The notes beneath the pieces were generated by a model. That model was not told the DNA's origin, did no database searches, and was given only the letters and a program-made list of their open reading frames with translations. A program made the translations under genes and the position numbers. From NCBI GenBank assembly GCA_021784535.1, contig JAJYHW010000049.1, positions 1 through 32,095 of the forward strand: a stretch of DNA of 32,095 nt, written 5' to 3'. Shown here one piece after another: positions 23,210 through 30,615 of the stretch. Each line of letters begins with the position of its first letter. Position 1 is the first letter of the stretch. This stretch comes from a bacterium (GTDB lineage: Bacteria; Patescibacteriota; Microgenomatia; Levybacterales; UBA12049).

Positions 23210-24070
23210 ATGCTTGAATTACTAAGTCATCAATTCGTACAAAATGCCTTTATTGCGGGTACAATTATTGCAATAGTCTGTGCTATTGTCGGCTATTTTG
23301 TCGTATTGCGACAACAAGCATTTGCATCCCACGCGCTCTCGCATATCGGTTTCGCAGGAGCAACGGGTGCAATTCTTATAGGATTTAGCTCTTTAACAGG
23401 TACATTTATATTTACCGTACTGGCAGCACTCGGTATGGGAACGCTTGACAAACGGCTAGCGGGAAGAGATGTTGAGATAGGGATGGTATTATCATTTGCG
23501 CTGGGTCTTGGTATATTGTTTCTGAAAATTTATACTACCAACGCGAATGAGGCAGTTGGCATTCTTTTCGGGTCAATCTTAAGTGTTACGTCGTATGATT
23601 TATTTTTGAGTATTATTACCGGAGCTATAACACTTCTTTTTGTTATCTTTTTATTCAGACCTCTTCTGTTTGCATCAGTTGATCCGGAAGTAGCTGAAGC
23701 ACGGGGCGTTCCAGTAAAACTTCTTTCAAGTGTATTTATGATACTACTTGCAGCAGCGGTAACAGAAGCTATTTTAATCGTAGGTGTACTGTTAGTCTTT
23801 GCCTTACTTGTTGCTCCCGCTGCTGTTGCACAGCATTTAAGCAAGAGGCCTTTTCTTACTATACTTTATTCTATCTTTTTTGGATTATTCTTTACCTGGG
23901 GAGGATTACTGCTTGCCTTATTATTTCATGGTCCAGTGAGCTTCTTTATAGCAGGATTGGCATCTCTTTCATATTTAGTAATTGTTCCATTTGCCCATCT
24001 TATTTCACCTCATTTATATAATACCTTTTATCACTCCAATAGGGAAAATAAATTTAATGTTGAAGTTTAG
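23210..24070 (+). CDS. Metal ABC transporter permease (ABC-3/ZnuB family), copy 2 (tandem paralog)
   Basis: MLELLSHQFVQNAF and FASVDPEVAEARGVP parallel copy 1. Confidence 0.85.
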   Translation: MLELLSHQFVQNAFIAGTIIAIVCAIVGYFVVLRQQAFASHALSHIGFAGATGAILIGFSSLTGTFIFTVLAALGMGTLDKRLAGRDVEIGMVLSFALGLGILFLKIYTTNANEAVGILFGSILSVTSYDLFLSIITGAITLLFVIFLFRPLLFASVDPEVAEARGVPVKLLSSVFMILLAAAVTEAILIVGVLLVFALLVAPAAVAQHLSKRPFLTILYSIFFGLFFTWGGLLLALLFHGPVSFFIAGLASLSYLVIVPFAHLISPHLYNTFYHSNRENKFNVEV

Positions 24071-25209
24071 TTATTAGATAATTTTAATGATTTTGTAGCA
24101 TAATATGCAGCAAGATAAGTGACTATCGGAACTACAAGAACAAGTCCCATTGTCCCTGAAATAGTTCGGATTATTTCTTCATTAAGTGTTTCGCTATTCA
24201 GGATTACCCAAAGAGGATAGTAAGAGGAATTATAAAAAAGAAAAATAAAAACGGTAAGAGATGAACCCGCATAAGCAAGAACTAACGTGTTAATAATTGA
24301 TACCACATGCTCTCGACCAACACGCAATCCTTTCCAAAATAATTGTTTCTGATTAAGTTGTTTATCAGTTTTTGCCAATTCAAAAATAGTTGCTGTTTGA
24401 GTAGTCGTAATATCATTCAGTGCGCCAAGAGTTCCTATAATTATTCCGCCTAGAAGTAGCCCTTTCAAATTAATTAAATGTCCACTACCGAAATGAACTA
24501 AAATTGAATTTTCATCAATATATCCAGTCAGTAAAGAAAGATTAACAAAAAGAACTGACAAACCGACAGTCAAAAGGAGTACAAAAAACGTTGAGACAAG
24601 TGCGATAGTAGTTTGTTTTGAAAAACCATGAGCAGTATATGTCGTAAGAAGCAAAATCACTACAGCACCTATAGTACAAGTCGTCAAAGGATCAGAACCG
24701 GAAAGAATTTGAGGAGCAACAAAAGCAAAAATAACTGCAAGACTAATTCCGAGTCCGATAAATGAACCAAGCCCTCGCCATCCAACAATAAGCATTACAA
24801 AAACAACAAAAACAACAACAATCAACGAGAGTGGTGCTAAGCGATATCTACTTTCAATACTATATGTTGGTTTCCCTGTAGAGCTACTGGCCTTTTGCAG
24901 GATTACGGAATCACCAATATGTAATTCAAGATCACTGACCCCTTGAGTATCATACTGTACTCGAACATTTTGTCCTACGTCATTTCCATTCTGTATTACA
25001 ACGTCCAGAGTTTCAATCGCTGAATGATAATCTGAATACGGATTTTGTTTTATCCCTTCAATTCAGACAACCGTTGCTTTCATAAATTCAGTGGTAAGAG
25101 ATGTTGAAGAGACTTGTTGGGCATGAGCAAGAGGTGCTGACAGAAAAATAACAATACTTATAAAACCGATTAGAAAGAGAATAAAATAATTAAGTCTTCT
25201 TTGAAACAT
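24067..25209 (-). pseudogene. YibE/F-family membrane protein interrupted by an in-frame TGA (25063-25065)
   Basis: The ORF-track piece (24067-24825) is only the TM domain. The same frame continues upstream to ATG 25209 and encodes a signal peptide (MFQRRLNYFILFLIGFISIVIFLSAPLAHA) plus the usual extracytoplasmic N-domain. One TGA at codon 49 breaks it. The total of 381 codons is a typical YibE/F size. Confidence 0.7.
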
Positions 25210-25695
25210 ATACATTAAGTATCTCATGAATTTAGATTTTAAGAAAGCTGTTTTGCGATATGTAAATTTCAGAGTTTCTGACGTGAATCACTGAGGAGAA
25301 GAGTTCTTATCTCTAGAAAAGGGTTTAAATTTTGCAATCTCCAGGTGCCAAAGAGTGACCTAAGTATTGATTTTGTTAATTCTTTAGGAGATTTTGTCCC
25401 AAAGAATATTTTTTTAATGACAATTTTCTTACTGCTCTTTCTGTTATATTGTTTCAGAGCTGAACACCTTCATATCTCTTGAAGGTCTATGAGTGCTTGC
25501 TGCAAAATCTCAATATCACTGGCTTGCCGGTAAATGATTGCAATCAACTCTCCTTTTGACAGAGAAAGTAACTCCATAGACAGTATAATTCAACGTTACT
25601 TACTTTGATATGGTTTTAGCAATGACTTTGAAATTTTTCTAAGAAAGATACGTCTGTCTATTCTTTGCCTATTCTTTTCCTTTAAAAGCCGACTA

Positions 25696-25724
25696 TTTAC
25701 AGATTGCAAAACTCCTGCTATAAT
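25696..25724 (+). promoter_or_regulatory. Strong promoter TTTACA-17-(TGC)TATAAT, a candidate rplJL promoter
   Basis: tttaca lies at 25696-25701, followed by a 17-nt spacer and tataat at 25719-25724 preceded by TGc (extended -10). Confidence 0.6.
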
Positions 25725-25793
25725 AGCATTATATCCAAAGACAGTAGGCGGAGCGTAAGCGACATAAATCCTACCGAGGAGCAACATGAGTTA

Positions 25794-25859
25794 AAAGTTC
25801 AAGATTAAAAAGTAAAAGTTATAACTTTTCACTGTACATTTTGAACTTTACGCTCTCTA
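25794..25859 (+). repeat. Heptad-periodic hairpin inside the rplJ leader
   Basis: aaagttcaa (25794-25802) pairs with ttgaacttt (25851-25859), and aaaagtt pairs with aactttt at the apex. The arms read aaaagtt/caagatt/aaaaagt/aaaagtt. Confidence 0.6.
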
Positions 25860-25860
25860 T

Positions 25861-25884
25861 GACACTCCTCGGAGTGTCTTTTTT
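25861..25884 (+). terminator. Canonical intrinsic terminator (attenuator candidate) 127 nt upstream of rplJ
   Basis: gacactc-ctcg-gagtgtc is followed by tttttt. Confidence 0.7.
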
Positions 25885-26011
25885 ATTTTGAAAGGGAGAG
25901 AGCGAGAAACACAAAATTTTTTTTCGTTTTCACTAGATTCTTATTGCCAAGGATGTAAGGCTTCTGAGAATTTGAAAACAAAAAAATTTTCGTTTCCGAG
26001 CGAAAACAACT

Positions 26012-26560
26012 ATGGATAACACAACAGTTAAAATCAGCCAAAATAGACAGAAAAAAGAACAGCTTGTTGCTGAATTACAAGAAAAAGTTAAAAAATCTAC
26101 CGGCATGGTCTTTGCCAACTATCAAGGCCTCACTCATCAGCAACTGGAAAATTTAAAAAAGAACCTGAAGAAAACTGAATCGGAATTTGTCGCTGTTAAA
26201 AATACCCTTTTGCAAATTGCACTAAAGGATAAAATTGACAAAGAAGCAACAAAAGAATACTTCGAACAGCCAACCGGTGCAATGTTTATCTATAATGATA
26301 TTGTTAATCCTCTCAAAGAACTTTCCAAAACAATTAAAGAATTAAAAATGCCCGTTATCAAATTTGGTATTCTTGAAGGAAAATTTGTTACTGACAAAGA
26401 AGTTACCAAAATTGCATCGCTTCCCCCGCTGCCTGTCCTTCGCGCGCAGCTGCTTGGACAGATGCAGGCACCTATCTCAGGACTGCATCGCGCTTTGCGA
26501 TGGAACTTACAATCTCTGGTAATGACACTTAATGCAGTTAAAGATAAAAAAACGGCTTAG
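26012..26560 (+). CDS. rplJ: 50S ribosomal protein L10
   Basis: The 182-aa ORF carries typical L10 sequence (FANYQGLTHQQLENLKK, LPPLPVLRAQLLG) and lies next to rplL. Confidence 0.95.
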   Translation: MDNTTVKISQNRQKKEQLVAELQEKVKKSTGMVFANYQGLTHQQLENLKKNLKKTESEFVAVKNTLLQIALKDKIDKEATKEYFEQPTGAMFIYNDIVNPLKELSKTIKELKMPVIKFGILEGKFVTDKEVTKIASLPPLPVLRAQLLGQMQAPISGLHRALRWNLQSLVMTLNAVKDKKTA

Positions 26561-26563
26561 GTT

Positions 26564-26628
26564 TTAGGGACTAGGTTCTAGGGACTAGGAAAATTATAAA
26601 ATTCTAAACCCTAACACCTAACCCCTAA
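26564..26628 (+). repeat. Heptad-periodic hairpin in the rplJ-rplL spacer
   Basis: The 5' arm is ttagggac/taggttc/tagggac/tagg and the 3' arm is ctaaacc/ctaacac/ctaaccc/ctaa. They pair as helices of 6, 5, 5 and 3 bp separated by 2x2 mismatches. The strong SD (gaggagg) of rplL follows directly. Confidence 0.75.
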
Positions 26629-26644
26629 TGAGAGGAGGTGTAGT

Positions 26645-27037
26645 ATGGCAAAATTAAATAAAGATGAATTGATGCAAGCAATTGAAGAAATGTCTGTTCT
26701 TGAACTTTCCGATCTCGTGAAAGCACTGGAAGAAAAATTCGGTGTTTCCGCTGCTGCTACAATGGTTGCTGCTGCACCTGCGGGTGGGGCTGCTCCAGCG
26801 GGCGGAGAAGCTGCTGAAGAACAAACAGTATTCAATGTCGTTATTGCGAACGCCGGTGCTCAGAAGATCGCTGTTATTAAAGCACTTCGAGAACTTGTTC
26901 CAACTCTTGGCTTGAAAGAAGCAAAAGACTTAGTTGATGCGGCTCCGAAAGAAGTCATGAATCAAGTCAACAAGAAAACTGCTGAAGAAGCTAAAGAAAA
27001 ATTAACAGCTGCAGGAGCAACTGTTGAACTGAAATAA
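26645..27037 (+). CDS. rplL: 50S ribosomal protein L7/L12
   Basis: The 130-aa ORF has an Ala/Gly/Pro hinge and the C-terminal domain [10 protein letters not shown]...[10 protein letters not shown]. Confidence 0.95.
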   Translation: MAKLNKDELMQAIEEMSVLELSDLVKALEEKFGVSAAATMVAAAPAGGAAPAGGEAAEEQTVFNVVIANAGAQKIAVIKALRELVPTLGLKEAKDLVDAAPKEVMNQVNKKTAEEAKEKLTAAGATVELK

Positions 27038-27041
27038 AAAA

Positions 27042-27088
27042 ATCAGGAAGTCGGAATCATTACTACTGTTTTCACTTCCTGATTTTTT
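27042..27088 (+). terminator. Intrinsic terminator after rplL
   Basis: atcaggaagt (27042-27051) pairs with acttcctgat (27074-27083) and is followed by ttttt. The loop is long (22 nt). Confidence 0.65.
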
Positions 27089-27340
27089 GCTGTTTAGCAA
27101 CTATAGATCATCTAAGAACGAGGTGTATATTGTCAGAACGATGCTGCCTTGTTGAAATGATAAAAAACGCAGCACTAGCATAATACCCCCGAATACAACG
27201 TAGCCAAACAATAGATAAATCCAAAAAATATATATACCGAACAAATAGCAAATTGTATATTGACAACCCTGCAGTAGTTTGTTACTGTATATATAGTTAA
27301 ATTGTAGATTGATCGCTATCAATACAGTTGACTCGAGTAT

Positions 27341-27550
27341 ATGACGAACCAGAAACTCTCTATTGATTCCCTCCCTGATCTCCTCACTGTCCGTGAAGTA
27401 GCCGAAGTTCTTAGAGTATCTCCGCTCACTATCAAACGCTGGGGCAAACGCGGTAAATTACCGGCTATTCGGATCAATTCCCGCGGCGACCGCCGGTACA
27501 AAAAAGAAGCAGTCCTCTGGCTTCTTGGTATTCAGACAAAAGGAGAATAA
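27341..27550 (+). CDS. Small helix-turn-helix DNA-binding protein (MerR-superfamily, excisionase-type HTH)
   Basis: LLTVREVAEVLRVSPLTIKRWGKRGKLPAIRI...RRY matches the excisionase-family HTH pattern. The protein is 69 aa. Confidence 0.7.
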   Translation: MTNQKLSIDSLPDLLTVREVAEVLRVSPLTIKRWGKRGKLPAIRINSRGDRRYKKEAVLWLLGIQTKGE

Positions 27551-27554
27551 ACTC

Positions 27555-27563
27555 TGTTATAAT
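27555..27563 (+). promoter_or_regulatory. Extended -10 (TGT-TATAAT) 6 nt upstream of the hexokinase ATG; predicted leaderless
   Basis: The sequence reads tgttataat-caaaga-atg (ATG at 27570). Confidence 0.5.
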
Positions 27564-27569
27564 CAAAGA

Positions 27570-28697
27570 ATGAGTAAGCAGCAATCAGAATTAATTCAGA
27601 CTCCTGATTACCACCAAATACAACAAAATTTTCTCAACGAACTGATTCTCTCTTCTCAGAAAAAACCCTCAAGCCTCTCTTTTATCAGACATGACCTTCC
27701 TGAAAAACCACTAATTATCAGTGGCATCGTCCAAGGGATAGTGATCGGCGGAACAAATTATATTCTTTCAACTGAGAAAATACACCCTGACGGCTCACGG
27801 AAAATTATCGAGCGGAAAAATGGGGTGTTGCCGGTATTTGCTACCAAACAAACCTTTGTTGATTTTATGAACGACCACCTTGACAGCCGCGCTGATGCAA
27901 TCGGTATTAATTTCGGCTTCCAATTAGCTCCCGCTGAAACAACAGACGGAACTCTTGATGGTTATATCCGTGCGAAAGGAACCAAAGAACATACCTTTAT
28001 TGGGATTGACGAACCGATAGGATCACTCGTTAAAATGATTTACAAAAAAAAATTTCACAAAGAGGTACTTACTTCAATTGCCAATGACACAATTTGCTTA
28101 CTTATCGCTGGAGACGGAACAGAAACTGCTTCTCTTATTGCTGGAACAGGATTCAATATAGGATTTGTCAGTAAAGATAAGAATCAGACTACTCTTGTCA
28201 ATCTCGAAGCCGGTAATTTCGATAAATTCGAACTCCCCCCTGCCCTGCAGCGCATTGACAAAGAGACCAAAAACCCCGGTTATAAACTGTTTGAAAAAAC
28301 AGTTTCAGGAAAATATCTGACACGCTACTTTAACGAAAAAATAAAAGAACTTAACCTCCCTATCCAGTCACTCTCAACAAGCCAGGAATTAAGCGAATTA
28401 TCCAACGTGGATCATGCAGATATCGCAGGAGATCTGGCACGCGCAATCATCACCCGCTCTGCATTTCTTGTCGGGACTATTATTGCAGCGCTATATAAGT
28501 TCAGCGGTGAACCTGAACAGTTCACAATCGTCGGTGAAGGAAGTCTCCTCTGGGACGGCTGGCAATATCACGAAAATATAAAAAGGAAACTTACAGAACT
28601 CGGAGTATCAAAAGACGTAATCAATATAAAACACATCAAAGACTCAAGCATCAACGGCGCAATAGGACTTATCGCTCCCTTCCACAAAAAAAGCTGA
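27570..28697 (+). CDS. Hexokinase-family sugar kinase (eukaryote-type hexokinase fold, not ROK)
   Basis: The ordered motifs match hexokinase. They are IVIGGTNYIL (phosphate-1), GINFGFQL, ANDTICLL, LIAGTGFNIGF (phosphate-2), NLEAGNF, NPGYKLFEKTVSGKYL, VGEGSLL and SSINGAIG. I place the start at ATG 27570. Confidence 0.8.
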   Translation: MSKQQSELIQTPDYHQIQQNFLNELILSSQKKPSSLSFIRHDLPEKPLIISGIVQGIVIGGTNYILSTEKIHPDGSRKIIERKNGVLPVFATKQTFVDFMNDHLDSRADAIGINFGFQLAPAETTDGTLDGYIRAKGTKEHTFIGIDEPIGSLVKMIYKKKFHKEVLTSIANDTICLLIAGDGTETASLIAGTGFNIGFVSKDKNQTTLVNLEAGNFDKFELPPALQRIDKETKNPGYKLFEKTVSGKYLTRYFNEKIKELNLPIQSLSTSQELSELSNVDHADIAGDLARAIITRSAFLVGTIIAALYKFSGEPEQFTIVGEGSLLWDGWQYHENIKRKLTELGVSKDVINIKHIKDSSINGAIGLIAPFHKKS

Positions 28698-28703
28698 ACC
28701 TGT

Positions 28704-29615
28704 TTACGCAGCATTTGCTGTAGGATGAGGAAGCGAATGTGCGGGAGTTGGTCGCATTCCCGGCAAATGAGCAATTCCGCTGAATAAAACACCCAACAAT
28801 AATATACAGATCACCCAACCAATTCCCGAAACTATCCAAATCCATCTGATAGAAATTTCCTGCGGTATGGTTGTAGCAGCACGAATTTGTTTGTATACCA
28901 AAAAAAGGTACGCGTTAACAAACCACCCCGCGAGGATAGAATACGCGATATAAACAAGTGTCAAAAGGAAATCTCCACCCGCGTATTTGTTAAGTATTGA
29001 AGAAATCACACCTGCAATAATTTCAACAAGCAAAAATCTAACCAACACCTCCCAAAAATGACTTTTAATCAAATAATAGCTCCGTTGCAATGCTACAATG
29101 CCGGATTGTTTTTCCAGAACCACTTCGTACACGACAAAGAGAAAAAAGAATGCAATCAATAAACCAGGAATTACCAAAAGAGTAAGTCCTCCCAGATAAA
29201 GCAGCACGGCAAGCAAACCTGTCAAAAGAAATGGCCAGAAATAATTTTTGCTTTGCTTGATAAGGCTGATCAACGAATCAGCTTTTTTCCCCTGCAAAAT
29301 AAAAATACTGACAATAGGGACGATGACGTTGATTGCAACAAGTGATGCCAAAAAAAGGATAACCCAAAGACCGAGTAATACCAGAATACTTATATGAAAT
29401 GGAGTTAAATGATGAAATACCTCAAAATGAGTTCCTACCGCAACAAACGTGACCGGCAATGAAATCAATATACCTATCAATACAGCAAGAAAAACATATG
29501 CGACAATTAACCCGATTAATTTAAGATAGCTGAACCAAGTTTTTTTAAATAGTATCCAAGTTTCTTGCAATAATTGTTTTATTGAAGGCAGGGATGATGT
29601 TTTTTTCTCCGGCAT
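28704..29615 (-). CDS. Polytopic membrane protein of unknown function
   Basis: The 303-aa ORF has about 6-7 hydrophobic segments and a short polar N-terminus. I recognise no catalytic motif. Confidence 0.65.
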   Translation of the reverse strand: MPEKKTSSLPSIKQLLQETWILFKKTWFSYLKLIGLIVAYVFLAVLIGILISLPVTFVAVGTHFEVFHHLTPFHISILVLLGLWVILFLASLVAINVIVPIVSIFILQGKKADSLISLIKQSKNYFWPFLLTGLLAVLLYLGGLTLLVIPGLLIAFFFLFVVYEVVLEKQSGIVALQRSYYLIKSHFWEVLVRFLLVEIIAGVISSILNKYAGGDFLLTLVYIAYSILAGWFVNAYLFLVYKQIRAATTIPQEISIRWIWIVSGIGWVICILLLGVLFSGIAHLPGMRPTPAHSLPHPTANAA

Positions 29616-29623
29616 ACTTTAAG

Positions 29624-29651
29624 AGTATACCGCTCCTTGCTAAAAATGCAA
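29624..29651 (-). promoter_or_regulatory. Promoter TTGCAT-16-TATACT, 8 nt upstream of the ATG; predicted leaderless
   Basis: The minus strand reads ttgcat-(16 nt)-tatact-cttaaagt-atg. Confidence 0.5.
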
Positions 29652-29823
29652 GTGCAAAACTTTTCTCAAAAATATTTTTTTAAGTTCAATCATATCAGTT
29701 TATCCTAAGATACCAATCTAAACAAAACCACGTGCTGTGAAAATTGATAATAATAACAGCAAATAAGAAAAAATAACAACTATTATCTACATCAATCTAT
29801 AAACAATATGGTCTAACTATACA

Positions 29824-30615
29824 TCAAGAGAAATAGTCTTTGCTAATCATAAAAATAAATTCCAAAAGAGCCAGTTGACGTCGCCACCGCCAGGGCTGAA
29901 CGATAAGACGGAATAACCATTCAAATCCTAAAAATCTGATAAGAAAAGGTGCCCTGGGGACAACGCCACTGATAAAATCAAAAGATCCTCCCACTCCCAT
30001 TGCTGCTTTTACTGGAATTTTATGTAAATGTTCGTAAATCCATTCCTCCTGTTTGGGGACACCGTATGCGACAAACAGGATGTCTATAGTAGTATCCGGT
30101 ATTATGTAGTTTGTATCATGCAAATTGCCTTGCTTCTTATCTTGATACTTACTACTTGCTACTTGATGCTTTTCTTTAAACAGAAAATCAGACTCGTTCC
30201 ATTCGCTTCCGGCAAAGCCGACCTTGATCCAAGGGTACTTCTGCAGTAAGCACTCAGCGGCCTTTTTTGCTACTCCATCTTTGCCGCCCAAAAAGCCCAT
30301 GGATAAAGGCTTTTCAGAGGTAGTCCTACACAACTCGTCTATAAAATCTACTCCTGTTATTCGCTCTTTCAGTGGTTTACCCATAAAAGTACTCGCAAAA
30401 AAGAGTCCGACCCCATCAGGCAAGGCTATATCAGCTGAGTTTAACATCTTCTTATACGCTTCATGCTTTTGCGCATATACAAGCATTTCGGGGTTAGGTG
30501 TAATGATAGAGATCTTATCAGAAGCTGTATGTAGCCGATCAATCAAATACTCTAGGATCTTTTCTTTCCGTTCATTGGTTATGGATACTCCAAGGATAAT
30601 ACATTTTTGTAGCAT
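29824..30615 (-). CDS. WecG/TagA/CpsF-family (GT26) glycosyltransferase
   Basis: PNPEMLV, ALPDGVGL, GVPKQEEWI and the C-terminal PWRWRR string are typical of GT26. It contains a repeat-derived extra segment (listed separately). Confidence 0.85.
   Translation of the reverse strand: MLQKCIILGVSITNERKEKILEYLIDRLHTASDKISIITPNPEMLVYAQKHEAYKKMLNSADIALPDGVGLFFASTFMGKPLKERITGVDFIDELCRTTSEKPLSMGFLGGKDGVAKKAAECLLQKYPWIKVGFAGSEWNESDFLFKEKHQVASSKYQDKKQGNLHDTNYIIPDTTIDILFVAYGVPKQEEWIYEHLHKIPVKAAMGVGGSFDFISGVVPRAPFLIRFLGFEWLFRLIVQPWRWRRQLALLEFIFMISKDYFS
30129..30170 (-). repeat. Six heptad units embedded in the GT26 coding sequence
   Basis: The plus strand reads cttgctt cttatct tgatact tactact tgctact tgatgct (42 nt, or 14 codons). 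It encodes ...KHQVASSKYQDKKQ..., in a region about 20 aa longer than I expect for this family. Confidence 0.65.

Larger units (their letters stand above)
25731..26011 (+). promoter_or_regulatory. Putative rplJ leader RNA (about 280 nt) with an attenuator
   Basis: It runs between the promoter and the rplJ ATG. It contains hairpin 25744-25774 (gtagg/cctac), heptad hairpin 25794-25859 and terminator 25861-25884. An 8-nt segment ccgaggag (25774-25781) is complementary to the terminator's 5' arm and loop, ctcctcgg (25865-25872). Confidence 0.45.

Noticed and set aside
25063-25065. I considered genome-wide reassignment of TGA (code 4 or 25, as in some candidate phyla) to explain the in-frame TGA in YibE/F.
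   Set aside because: guaB, the ZnuA-like gene and the 354-aa ORF terminate at TGA at sensible positions. No other gene in the window (about 10,000 codons) contains an internal TGA. I also saw no obvious SECIS-like hairpin, so selenocysteine is unsupported as well.
25596-25787. A 63-aa minus-strand ORF lies in the YibE/F-rplJ spacer.
   Set aside because: It has no recognisable family and it overlaps the strong plus-strand promoter I assign to the rplJ leader. It is more likely non-coding or a degraded remnant.
27101-27322. A 73-aa hydrophobic ORF lies on the minus strand after the rplL terminator. Nearby is a 12-nt direct repeat tgtatattg(t/a)ca at about 27124 and about 27254.
   Set aside because: The ORF is Tyr/Phe/Ile/Leu-rich, as expected from translating AT-rich intergenic DNA, and has no start context. 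Two 12-mers with a mismatch in AT-rich sequence are within chance expectation. I could not connect either to the downstream HTH gene with confidence.
27341-28697. I considered an integrated prophage or integrative element, suggested by the excisionase-family HTH.
   Set aside because: No integrase, recombinase, att-like direct repeats or phage genes lie within reach. The neighbouring genes are chromosomal housekeeping types.
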